From assembly GCA_047495785.1 (NCBI GenBank), contig JBLDXI010000046.1:682001-746000 (forward strand): a stretch of DNA of 64,000 nt, given 5' to 3'. The DNA comes from Lepidodermella squamata (taxonomy: Eukaryota > Animalia > Gastrotricha). Each line of letters starts with the position of its first letter. Position 1 is the stretch's first letter. A model generated the notes under the pieces. It made no database searches and was not told the DNA's origin. It saw nothing but the letters and a program-made list of their open reading frames with translations. Both the position numbers and the translations under genes were made by a program. Positions 35,136 to 46,005 of this stretch are shown one piece after another.

Positions 35136-35945
35136 TTAATAGTGCTGACGGGCTTGGAAGGTAATAACCAAAGTTGTCATAGCCAGGAGCTTTGAATAGC
35201 TTAAAATGATGGATCCATTCGAATCCTCATCCTCATCGCACTGGCACATGATGTTGCCATCGTCGTCGTAAACCAAATCTGGCGTTGACTCGCACTCATC
35301 TTCGCAGTCAGCACTACAAACAGGCCCAGCACGGGGATCGAACTTGTTCACGAAGACAGCCCTTCCGCAGCCTGACCTCAGGTGATCTCGCAAGGCATTG
35401 CCAAAATGCTGGCAGTTGTTATTGACGACACTGTAACTTCCTTTTCGTTGGCGGTAGGTTTTTACAAATGATACAACGTCATCACGCGTGCATGCACTAG
35501 TTCCATCCAAATGCCACGTAATTTTCGTTCCTCCTGACTTGTACTTGTATTTGGGATCGTCAATGTCTAGTTCTGCATAACCGTACGATTGTCCCAATTC
35601 ATACGTGAATCCGCGATATCTCACTGCTAAATGTTTCAGCTTATAATTCCACTTACGGCTACTGGGTGAGGACGACGACAACTTTGCCCATCCATAGTAG
35701 TAATAATACCCACGTCCATCACCCGCGGCATTACACGTATTGGCTTCGTTTTTACAAATAGTGCTGTTGCTGTTGCATCTGTTGAATGACCTCATCGAAT
35801 CGCAAGATGCACTTCCAGGTGTTGGATCTTTGCAGTAAAACTTGTCGCACTTGCATGTATTTTGGCAGGTATCAAATGGAGCCAAACCGCAGCTGGATAA
35901 GCCAACGATTGATAACGCAATTAGTATTTGAGCAATCAGCTTCAT
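35136..35945 (-). CDS. Secreted, possibly GPI-anchored PPPDE/DeSI-like (permuted papain-fold) cysteine peptidase flanked by Cys-rich modules
   Basis: Signal peptide MKLIAQILIALSIVGLSSC; Cys-rich N-module; HLAVRYRGFTYELG ... YSVVNNNCQHFGNAL (His, then NCxHF); acidic Cys-rich module; SNG plus a hydrophobic tail. Intronless. Confidence 0.75.
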   Translation of the reverse strand: MKLIAQILIALSIVGLSSCGLAPFDTCQNTCKCDKFYCKDPTPGSASCDSMRSFNRCNSNSTICKNEANTCNAAGDGRGYYYYYGWAKLSSSSPSSRKWNYKLKHLAVRYRGFTYELGQSYGYAELDIDDPKYKYKSGGTKITWHLDGTSACTRDDVVSFVKTYRQRKGSYSVVNNNCQHFGNALRDHLRSGCGRAVFVNKFDPRAGPVCSADCEDECESTPDLVYDDDGNIMCQCDEDEDSNGSIILSYSKLLAMTTLVITFQARQHY

Positions 35946-36006
35946 CTTCAATAAAAACTTCAAACACGCCTGGCGTGATGCCTTTCAAGATGGGGGCGAA
36001 TTGTGT

Positions 36007-36918
36007 TTAATACATGTCTGAAATAAAATCCGCCTTCGCTCCAATTTCAGACAGTGCGTCCTGCTCAATGATGGATTAATTTCAGGCAGGCCGATTTTTT
36101 GATGTCCTGCCTTCCTGACTTCAAAAATCGGCCTGCCTGAAATTAATCCATCATTGTGTCGGACACGCTGTCTTAGAGCCCAAAACATCTCGAGAAAAAC
36201 CTTTTTTACCAGATGTTATGACAAGAAGCAGCTGGTTCGATTAGTGACAAATGAAAAGTGGGGTTTGGACAAGTATTTTCGCGCGAAAAGGAATTTGGGC
36301 AAACTAAGAATCAAATCAATAGGGTATAAGAAAATCAGCCCATAGCCCTCGATACAGCTATACTGTGAGTACCGCAGAATTTAAACAAATCGATAGTAAT
36401 CAATAAATCGAAGTTTACCGGCGCAAAATAACGCTGATAAATTTCTCAAAATTGTTGAAATCAGGCCAATCTTATTGCCTAAGTAAGAAATGATTGATTT
36501 TAGCAAAATAAGGCCTATCGATTCTTCTGGGAACGCTTGAAAAAGAGTCAAACTTACTTTAGTAGCACATCTTGGTCACTTTGAATGACGTGACGACGCT
36601 CGATTATTAACGAAATTTGAATGCCAAAATGTGAGAAAAATAGCTGGTAGCATTCAAAATTAATAAACGCCAAATGAGATGACTAGTTAAGCCAAGCGCG
36701 GGCTTTTCATTATCACTAGACCAACATGCCGCCTGCTTAACCTTGTCTTAATCGGACCACTCGGACATGTGATTTAAAACATGGAAACAATCGACGGTGA
36801 CTAATCATTAAATAAGCCGGTGTCATTTTGTGAGAGCCATTTCTTGGACACGTCCAAAAATACAATCTCGGAAATTGATCTGTCCTGCTCAGCGGATTTT
36901 ATTTCAGACACGTATTAA
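36007..36918. mobile_element. TIR element flanked by TTAA (TAC(A/G)TGTCTGAAATAAAATCCGC termini)
   Basis: 36007-36033 is inverted with respect to 36892-36918; internal hairpin at about 36072-36149. Confidence 0.6.
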
Positions 36919-36919
36919 A

Positions 36920-37038
36920 AAGTACAACGCCTGAGATCCAGTTTCATCCAGCTGGCGGATTTTAGAGCGCAACGGCCTTCGGCCTAGCGCCCTAAAATCC
37001 GCCTGCTGTCTAAAACCAGATCTAAGGCGTTATACTTA
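36920..37038. repeat. Palindromic hairpin mini-element centred on GGCCTTCGGCC
   Basis: AAGTACAACGCCTGAGATC...GGCGGATTTTAG...CTAAAATCCGCC...GATCTAAGGCGTTATACTT. Confidence 0.7.
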
Positions 37039-37047
37039 ATTTATATA

Positions 37048-37153
37048 CAGGGTGTTCAAGAAATAATAGGTAGTTATAAATAGCTTTGCTACTTTTGGCA
37101 CGCGTTTCACCGTTTAAGAGCTAAAAGCTAGATATTATTTAACGAACACCCTG
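37048..37153. mobile_element. Tc1/mariner-type mini-MITE, TA TSD
   Basis: TA|CAGGGTGTTC...GAACACCCTG|TA. Confidence 0.85.
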
Positions 37154-38787
37154 TATGTTGTACGCCTTAACCCTTTAATGGCGAATTATTCATCTAAGGG
37201 AAAAATATTTGAAGGCAGTTCTAGGGGTTTGCCAAAGCCCTGCTGATCCGTTTGTCTTTATCTATCACCGTTAAGGCTCTACAAAAACTGGCCGAAATTT
37301 TCCTGTCCGCCTAGCTGATTGTAGGCGATTTTTCGGGTACCCTAATTTCTGTGTCCAGTGCCATCAGCTTTGAAATTTAGATTATAAATTACTCCCATGT
37401 ATGTCCCTAAGGTTCTCCCTTACTTATTACACAGAAAGTTATAGAGGCTCAGCATTGGGCGAATAGGACGAATTCGGCCGGTTTGATTAAATTTCAATAG
37501 CTCTCAGGTTGGCTATTTTCCAATTGCTAGAGTATATGTCCTGAACATGCAAGATAACGGCGCCCTGGTCCCAAAACCTTTAAGCCAACATCGAAAAGTG
37601 ATATTTCTCAAAAGGGCGATCAAGAATTCATCAAATTCAATTTTCTGCGAATTTTCAACGTCGAAATTCTGAAATCGTCCTTCCCGCCGTTAAAATGGAT
37701 CTAAGCTGATAATGCATAGGCTTAAGCCTATACGGGATAAGCGATATTTTAATAGCCGTAAGGGGCTAAACCGTGATGGTTACATTTCGGCACACGTTTT
37801 GGCCAAAAAAAACGCGAATATGCGCATTTGTTAAGCTTCGAAGGCAAAAATCATATTCCAAAAAGTTCCTCGCGCAATTTTATTGGGCGCTAAGCGATAG
37901 CCGATAGCCCTGTATTACTGTAATCGATTGATATAAATGATGATCCATAGTGACGTCACGGATCGGCAATGATTTTGGCGAAATAATATGCTTATACCAA
38001 TACCCTAAACCCTAAAGCCTTAAATCCCCTCCCTATATAGGCGTACAGCATATACGAATCTTCCATATCTAATTCCCGAATAAGTTTCTACCAATCGGAA
38101 ATTGTATGCAAGCCAACTTGATAAACCGTAACTTCTAAAATACAAGACCAAAAAAGACAAGACCATGCAGCACTACAAAGAAGATCAAAGTGCTTGCGAA
38201 GAGGTGCCGCCTGGGCTTGTATTTGAGCATTTACGTTATACCCGTAATCACGCACTGATAAATGTTGAGCACAGGCAGATCGGATGTGAAAATGGTTCCA
38301 AGTTCCAAGTAAATGTGGCATCGTATCTTATCTTATTTTGGAACTTACCCCAAAATTTCACTTTCACGTTTCATTATCTCAGCGGCAGACAAAAAAGGAA
38401 GGAAATAGGCGGCTGATGACTGCAAGAACCGTCTCAGTGTAATTAAAAGTGCAATTATGAGCTCTAGAAATGCAGGAGTAATAATGCAAGCTGGAACCGA
38501 GGCCAGATGTTCACAGCTTTCCAGCTTAGCACCCTCTAAGTGGTGCCAATTTCGAAGCTCATCCTGTACCAAAAAAACGTCTTAACGATTAATGCCGCAG
38601 GATGAAGTTGAACCTTGTCTTCTGTGGCTTTTTTCTGGCGTATCCTCCAATTTGTGAACTGTCTAGCTGAAAATAACTGGGCAAAAATAAGGCAATCGTG
38701 CAAATATTTTTATTTCAAAATTCGCTATCTTAGGAGTAGCTTATAGTAATAGAAAGTTCCGGTCTTTCGAACCCAATATCATTGATA

Positions 38788-40234
38788 TCAAGCAAGATTA
38801 GCAGGCAGGCCAATAACCGGAGCAAATCCATATCGCATATTGCCGACATCGAAAACGTTGTAATAGCGCTGAATGATGGGCTTGCCAACTACGACTTGAT
38901 TTTCTGCGGATTGAGACGCAGACAATCTAAAAATTCCCCGTCCTAATGAACACCAACCCCGAGTCTTGGTAGTCTGGTGTGATCCGAGATAGACAATCGG
39001 CGGTACGACCATCTTTCCACTCTCGAAATCCAGCGAAAAACTAGGAAGAGATGCAGCGAGATATGCACCACATGGCCAGCCCCAGTTAGTGCCATTCCAA
39101 GAGTCTGCAGTGTCTTGGCAATTGGCGCAAGCTTTTGTTGCACCGAGAGCTGTTGCAATAGTTGTGACGACATCTAGAGAAGGGAAAATAATTGCCGCAG
39201 TCGTGCCGGTATCAACGAGCAGATAGCAACGCCCTCTTTGACAAGCTGTCGGAGTTCCAGCAACCTTTAAATAGAATTATTGATAGGTACGTTTTGAAGA
39301 ACTCGAGAACCAATACTTACTGAAATTCCAGTCATATTCACATACCATTTTAAATCGCGGATCCCCTTCTGAGTCATAGGTATGTAGACTAAAGGTCCTG
39401 AGTATTGCGATGAATCAATAGCTCCAACATTCATGCCACCAGTAGTAAAATCGGAGCTAGCTGTGAGGTAAAGACTCCACAGAGGTTGGTTACCGCTTGA
39501 AACTGCGGCTCGCATTAGGCCTGGTAAAATGCAGGAAGGCGAGGTTCTTGCACACTCTCTTTGATAGTTCTGCCACCCTAAACCTAGGACACCTGAATGA
39601 CCTTTAGGTGGATTGCCCGATGGGCATGCATATGTGACAGCTATCGTTGTATTCGTCACCTTAAAATTGCCTAAAGCAACGTTTTCGTAGCCAAATGTGC
39701 ACGATAAAGAAGTGGCGCTGCCGTAGAAGATTTCGCTCGCTGGAATCGCCCCGGATCGTGTGGCGTTAATCCACGAGGAAGATTGATCTTCGTCAAAGCC
39801 TCCGATCCCGTTGGCTAGGGAACGGGCATAACGAGAACTTGCAACTTGCAATGCCTTCGATCCAGAGTCTACCATCAAACGGAAGGTCTGTGGAGGTGTG
39901 CCGAAGGACACATCAACGAGATAAGCCGATGGAGACTATTCCATGATATTTAAAAGAAATAAAATGTTCTGCTCATCTCATACGTTTAGACCACCACTTG
40001 TGACATCAGCCTTGTAGACTACGGCATTTGCCGCATATACTGAAAAATTTATGCTAGTTATTCAAGGAATTACTCAGATTCAAATTGCCTGCAATATTCA
40101 GGAGAAGATAGATCTCGCTGGATTTTATTGAATTGGCCATTATAATAAGAAAAAGCAGGATTACTTCAACTAGTAAGCATTCAGCCTAAGCCTTTCAGCA
40201 ACAAGTGTAATTGGGGCATGACCTCCTTCTCCAT
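38788..40234 (-). CDS. Pepsin-like (family A1) aspartic protease, multi-exon; 5' exons uncertain
   Basis: YLVDVSFGTPPQTFRLMVDSGS, flap YGS, GVLGLG, then after an intron CYLLVDTGTT, and VVGKPIIQRYYNVFD..NMRYGFAP. A hydrophobic N-terminal stretch LLVEVILLFLIIMA lies near 40140-40180. Confidence 0.85.
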
Positions 40235-40458
40235 TGTATTATCGGCTGCAAAACAACCACGCATCTTTCTACCTGGGAACCCTTTTGTAAAAACTCTTTC
40301 TCTTTTAGCAATCGTGCTTACGCGCCACACGACAAGACGATTGTTAAATCCCGAGGAAATTACTTAATTATTCCAGTTTTTATGACATTTTCTCTTCCAA
40401 TGCGGTCATTCCTTCCATTTATTTTTCTTAAAATCGTGAGAGTGCTAATTATTGAAAA

Positions 40459-41868
40459 CTACGCTTCAAAGTTCATTACTTCCAATATTTTAAGTTTCGT
40501 CATTGAATACTGCAGCTGATCCGCAGCATCGAGAGGGCTTTCATTCATATAATTGTGCACATTGATAAGGGGCGGCGCTTTGTGAACCAGGTACTGAACG
40601 GCATCAAACTGACCATTCGCGGCAGCTAGATGCAAAGCAGTCGATCCAGTGATGTAATCCCTACTGAAAAAATCAGCGCCGTGATCTGCGAAGAACCGAA
40701 CAGCCCATGAGTTACCCCGAGCCGCTGCAACCATCAACGGCGTAGATCCATAAGCACCCCGCGTATCGACATTTGAAGACATGTTTAGAACTAGAAACTC
40801 GTAAACGGACGGAGCTCCGATGAAAGCAGCAATATGAAGGGCTGTATTGTTGAATTTGTTCTTGCTATCGATAAGCCAAGGTGCTCGAACGGAGAAGTAC
40901 CGCACAAAATCAACTCGGACCAAGTGAGCCGCGATATGAAGAACATTATCCCCTGTGCCAGGTCGAGTAGCGTTGATATCAGCCCCGCATTCCACCAGAA
41001 AACGGCCTATTTTGAACGCTCCAACCTCAACAGCGACCATAAGAGGGGTTGTACCGTCATTTGTCACAGCATTCACGTCAGCCATGCCATTTATCACTAG
41101 AAACCCCACAGCATCTCTTTGATCGTTGTAAACAGCGTTATGCAGGGCTGTAGCATTATGAATATTCCTTTCGTCGATCAAAGATGGGTAGTGAGTCATT
41201 AGGTACCCCAAGACCTCTAAATGGCCGTTAAATGCCGCGAGGTGAAGGGCTGTCGAGCCGACATCGCCGTCTTTTGCTTGAAAATCAGCCCCGCTACTGA
41301 GGAGTAGCCGAAGGATTGCTAAACTTCCCCTCCTAGCTGCGATGTGAAGAGGGGTTTGTTTCGAAACGCCACTTTGCTGGTTAAGATCAACTTTATGGAT
41401 CTTTATAAGGTATTTCACCACGTCGAAACGGTCGCCTGAGACAGCCAGACTGATAGGTGTTGAGTTCAAGCTGGTTTTCAAACGGACGAGATTGCGGTTG
41501 ATCTCGGCAAAAGCTTTGACAATATCCAAGTGGCCTCGTAGAGCTGCCAAATGGATCGGCAGAACTTGGGTTTCCTTCCCATTGTCCAAAGCTGATTCGA
41601 CGTAAATATCTGCCCCTGCTCTCTCGATAAGGTAACGAGCGACCTCAATGTTGTCATTTTCGATAGCGTTGATGAGAGGAGTTTTGCCTTTTTCATCGCG
41701 ACTTTCCAAGAGATCGGTGAAAGATTTCAAATCTGGGGCAGAAGCCAGAAGAGTTCGAACTTGATTGAGGTCTCCCTTGATTGCTGCCTCGTTAATTGGG
41801 TGGGATAGTACCACGCTTAGGGCCAAATAGGCCAGAATAACAATTCGCCCTAGATAATAGAACATCAT
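40459..41868 (-). CDS. Ankyrin-repeat protein (~12 repeats) with an N-terminal signal peptide, intronless
   Basis: MMFYYLGRIVILAYLALSVVLS-HP, then repeated TPLH/TALH..A..G repeats to the C-terminus. Confidence 0.9.
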   Translation of the reverse strand: MMFYYLGRIVILAYLALSVVLSHPINEAAIKGDLNQVRTLLASAPDLKSFTDLLESRDEKGKTPLINAIENDNIEVARYLIERAGADIYVESALDNGKETQVLPIHLAALRGHLDIVKAFAEINRNLVRLKTSLNSTPISLAVSGDRFDVVKYLIKIHKVDLNQQSGVSKQTPLHIAARRGSLAILRLLLSSGADFQAKDGDVGSTALHLAAFNGHLEVLGYLMTHYPSLIDERNIHNATALHNAVYNDQRDAVGFLVINGMADVNAVTNDGTTPLMVAVEVGAFKIGRFLVECGADINATRPGTGDNVLHIAAHLVRVDFVRYFSVRAPWLIDSKNKFNNTALHIAAFIGAPSVYEFLVLNMSSNVDTRGAYGSTPLMVAAARGNSWAVRFFADHGADFFSRDYITGSTALHLAAANGQFDAVQYLVHKAPPLINVHNYMNESPLDAADQLQYSMTKLKILEVMNFEA

Positions 41869-42007
41869 TTACTCGACAGTGTAAAAGACAATAAATGCGT
41901 GATTTTTTTCAATTATTTATTTTTCAGTTTTTTCGCAGAATTTTCTTCATATTCACCAGGTGTATGCATACAAGTCTTTTTCTTGTTACGTGTTAGCCAG
42001 TGCAGTT

Positions 42008-42946
42008 TTACGCGTTTGCAGTAGCGACTGGAGCAGTTTTTTTCTCCTTTGCGACTACGTCGTTAATTTTCGCCTGCAGCTGTCTGTCGATCTTGTAGTT
42101 GACCCATTTCGGGTAAATTCGGCTTCTCAAGTAACCATCGATGTCATGCTTGATAGCTCCACAAGTTTTGTCGTAATGGCCGACAGTTCGAAGAGCCTGC
42201 TTAGCAAATTCCTCAGGGCTAACCACCCAAAATCCATCGACATAACGAGCCATTTTCGTTCTGACAACATGCGACTCAACAGCCTGGACCGTGATTCCGT
42301 GGCGAGAATTGTCGTATTGAAATGTCAGGCCCTCGCTGAATCGCGAGACAAAAGTCTTAGCGGCGTAGTACATCGGAGCAGTGGCTGGAAGACTCGCAAC
42401 GCCTGATGAAACATTGATAATCACCCCTTTTCTCTGATCCGCTATCATTTTCCGTAGAACAATATGGCTCATCATCACCATAGATGTCATATTGATGTTC
42501 ATCATTTTGACAAGGTTAGATCGGAACATTTCGTGAAGTTGCTTCTGGACGTTGATATTTGCCCCGACGTTGTTGACCAGAACGTCGATGTCCTTGAAAT
42601 CACCGAGTTGTTCCTCAATTCGTTCGTAAATATCAGTTCGCTGGAAGTCGGCAGCAATAGTTCGAATGGTGACTTGAGGGTAGGCGGATTTAATTTCTTC
42701 CGAAACAGCGTTGAGACGTTCGGGATTTCGCGAGATCAAAACAAGCCGCTTCATCCCAGATTTCGCCAGCTCGAAAGCGTATGCCTTGCCGATGCCATCT
42801 GTCGAGCCGGTTATGACTGCTGTTGACAATTTCGAGAAATCGACTTTGCTACCAATAGCGTGAGAATGCGCGAATTTAGCCAGGCGATAAGTGCCTCGGG
42901 CGGTGAAAAACGAAGCTAAAGCCAGACCGATTTCAGCGAACACCAT
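42008..42946 (-). CDS. Short-chain dehydrogenase/reductase, HSD17B12/KAR (3-ketoacyl-CoA reductase)-like, intronless
   Basis: AVITGSTDGIGKAYAFELA, LISRN, VLVNNVG, IINVSS, YxxxK (YYAAK), V.TKM. Confidence 0.9.
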   Translation of the reverse strand: MVFAEIGLALASFFTARGTYRLAKFAHSHAIGSKVDFSKLSTAVITGSTDGIGKAYAFELAKSGMKRLVLISRNPERLNAVSEEIKSAYPQVTIRTIAADFQRTDIYERIEEQLGDFKDIDVLVNNVGANINVQKQLHEMFRSNLVKMMNINMTSMVMMSHIVLRKMIADQRKGVIINVSSGVASLPATAPMYYAAKTFVSRFSEGLTFQYDNSRHGITVQAVESHVVRTKMARYVDGFWVVSPEEFAKQALRTVGHYDKTCGAIKHDIDGYLRSRIYPKWVNYKIDRQLQAKINDVVAKEKKTAPVATANA

Positions 42947-43665
42947 TTTTTTTAAGAAATTGCACCTCTAATGAATTGATGTAGCGAGTCTAGAATGTGA
43001 AAGTAATGTTTGCTTTGAAAATACCGAGTGAATATTATTTCACTCTGCCCTGTCGTGGTTCACAATAATTATCAGAATCTGAGCTAAAAAGACAATAAAG
43101 CTAGACAATCTGCAAAATAAATAAGCAAGACAATAAATACACTGCCAGCTATTTACTTCCCGTATATAAGGTTAAAGTATTTATTGGAATCTGAGCTAAA
43201 AAGACAAAAAAGCAAGACAATCTGCTGTAATAAATAAGCAAGACAATAAGAGTAGCAAGTTCTGAAAATTCAAGGTATGAAACTTGGTACAGGGTATTCC
43301 TTTCGAAACCGAGCAACCTGCCGTAGTCGCGAAAAAAAATCTGCCGGTTAAATAGTGATGCGCGCCGATTACTTTTTCGTTAATCGATTAAATTAAATTA
43401 ATGTATTAAATTAAAGTAAAATCATAATCAGGTAGGCTTTTTTGTAACAATTATTTGAACACGCTTCTAGCATTACCATCAAATCGTATCCTCAATCTGA
43501 CAATCCCACGAGATTCTACGCAAAAACTGAGTAATTCTAAGTGTTACTCGATCTAAATTGGTTTTGGTAATGCAAAATAAATTGAGTGCAATAAAGCAAT
43601 AATTAGTTTATGAATTATCTCTGGAAGTATGACTGCTATTGAAATTCTGAAAGCAGATTCAGATT

Positions 43666-43775
43666 CGATAAGTGCCTCGGGCTGTGAAAACGAAGCTAAA
43701 GCCAGACCGATTTCGGCGAAAACCATTTTCATTTAAGAAATTGCACCTCTAATGAATTGATATAGCGAGTCTGTC
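43666..43775 (-). pseudogene. Duplicated 5' end and upstream region of the SDR gene (truncated)
   Basis: Close copy of 42885-42990 including the ATG region, with an indel in the coding part. Confidence 0.75.
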
Positions 43776-44505
43776 AGTGAATATGAAGTCGGCCTCGAAT
43801 ACGATGACTACTATAATAACTGGGTGGACTTTCACGAGAACTTTCCGTAGAAATGAAACGCAGCACGAGCGTGCATTTTTTGCTTATAGTTCTTATGTGC
43901 TTTTCAAGAAAGCGGCAAGGGCATCGTTCTTGCCCTTGAAATTAATGTTGGCTTTAAAAAACCGTAAGAATATAATTGCACTCTGTCCTGTCGTAGTTCA
44001 TAATAGTTACCGTCATTTGGGGTAATCTGGGTCATTGGGCCTATTCGGACGAGTGTTCATGCAAACAGGAGAATGGGCATGGCTCAAAAACTACCCGGCC
44101 GTTGGCGATGAAATTTTGCACGGAGTTAGGTGGAAAGACGACCCATACACCGTAGAAATTTCATGACCTGAGAGTAAGTGGCTGTGGAGAAATGAGCTTA
44201 CCTTTCAGGTGTAAGTTTAACTCAGTTTAAGCACTGTTCTGCATTGAATTACCTGGACCGAAGAGAATTTTGCTGGACCTGCGCCCAATTTTTCCTGAAT
44301 CTACAGACGCTGAGGCACCCATGACAATTGAAAACGCCCCGATCCGACTCATACTTTTGTCTAATTAATTGCGTCCTTTTAGCCCCACGAAAAAATGATG
44401 TTGCGGGGCTATTTGGTGTATCATCTGAATATGCTAATGAGCTGCGTTGTTCAAAAGTTCCTCGCTGATTAAAGTGGTCTTTGAATTCATTAGCTCTTCA
44501 AACTT

Positions 44506-44874
44506 TTGAATAAACTGAAAGGTCAGCAAAAGACTAAGATGACTAAGATGGTCGAACTACCCGGCAAACAAGCTATGTGCGAGCTCAACGACTACGATCT
44601 TGCTGAAAATTGCGTGAAAAACGGCCTGATTTGCAAGCCGTTCATGTTACGATTCCGATGGTTTATTGTCAAGCAATCTGATGTTGTTCAATGTTTCAAC
44701 TGCCAGCGATATGGTCACCTGGCTCGAAACTGCTCTGATGAGACGCGATGCTTACGATGTGGTCGCAAACACGACGTGAAGACTTGCTTGCGGGGTGTTC
44801 GTTGCTGCAATTGTGGTGGCGAGCACACCGCAAACTCGAAGGATTGTCCTATGCGCCGGCCTTCGGCTGGCTGA
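44506..44874 (+). mobile_element. Non-LTR retrotransposon ORF1 (gag-like) zinc-knuckle fragment
   Basis: QCFNCQRYGHLARNC - CLRCGRKHDVKTC - CCNCGGEHTANSKDC, the triple CCHC of I/Jockey-type ORF1. Confidence 0.85.
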
Positions 44875-45325
44875 AACGAAAGTTTTATGGGAAATTGCAA
44901 TGCAATTTCAAGACGGGTCGGGGGGTAACTGGGACTTCTAACGAAATCCTAGTTGCCCATCCACTCTAAATTTGGGAAAATTTTTAAGGAACGGGATAGT
45001 TTGGGTCCCAAGGGGCGGGTTCTGGGTCTAAGTGGTGACGGCGGGTGGTCAAGTTGGTCCCATTTTGGCTACATGATGAATCCGCTGCCAGGTCCGTCTG
45101 TGATCTTCCATCACAAGTGACGCTGTAGGAGCAACTTTGATAGCTCGATCGGCGCGGCTCTGAGCCAAATTCCCCAGTAAGTTATGGGGGGGGCAGCAAA
45201 AGACTAAATTTTACGTGCAATACGATTAGCCAATTAATCACATAATTCAACTAGAAATCAGTGCACTATATTGTTTAAATCGTTGTGCATAAAAATAATC
45301 GAAAGCTTTTGCGGACAAAAAATTG

Positions 45326-45409
45326 TTTCGCGGCGTGGACTCGAACCCTGCTTTCGTACTTTGCTATGCTTTCTAGGATAGCATATCCAAAGCCACTCGA
45401 CCACCGAGC
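45326..45409 (-). other. tRNA-derived sequence (SINE head or tRNA-Ser(AGA)-like pseudogene)
   Basis: GCTCGGTGGTCGAGTGG (A box) ... CTAGAAA (Ser-AGA-like loop) ... GGTTCGAGTCC (B box). The stems are imperfect. Confidence 0.45.
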
Positions 45410-45725
45410 ACAACATATCAGTAATATTTGAATTGAGTATTTATGTATCATTAATAGCCCCGCACCTGTCAGAATAGCGGAATCCTGTTCGGAATCCTGG
45501 TGCCATTGGAATCAGGACCTTCTGTAAAAATGCAAAAAAATCAGGGGGTAATTTTTTTTCGCCGTCTGGATAGCCCCAACTGACAGTATCATAATCTGAG
45601 CTAAAAAAGACAATAAAGCTAGACAATCTGCTGTAATAAAAAGCAAGACAATAAATACACGTGCCAGCTATTTATTTCCTGTATATAAGGTATTAGTTAA
45701 AGTCATTGCTTGCCCCAATTCAGGC

Positions 45726-46005
45726 TCATTCATTGCCGGGAATGCATCTCCAAATACGCATAACAGCACCGGGCTTGTGGTTTGATGGGACCACCGTAGA
45801 GTAGCAAGTGCTGGAAATTCAAGGTGTGAAACTTGGTAAGCAATTTAGGGAAAACTGGGTCTTACTGTCCATCGCAGCACTTCGGCCCGGTCCAGTAGTC
45901 GCACTTGCTGCCGGAAGGGAGGCACTCTTCGTCAGCAAAAGCAGTCATCGCGAAAATAGTGGCAACGATAGCCAGGGCAATAATCAAATTCTTAGCCAAG
46001 GTCAT
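45726..46005 (-). CDS. ICK/knottin toxin-like secreted peptide 1 (2 exons, intron 45811-45865)
   Basis: MTLAKNLIIALAIVATIFAMTAFA-DEECLPSGSKCDYWTGPKCCDGHTCYSTVVPSNHKPGAVMRIWRCIPGNE; cysteine framework C-C-CC-C-C. Confidence 0.85.

Noticed and set aside
38002-38025. CCCTAAA x2 telomere-like motif
   Set aside because: Only two units; expected by chance.
38088-38670. Possible extra minus-strand gene downstream of the protease
   Set aside because: Splice-like signals are present but I could not build a coherent frame or domain.
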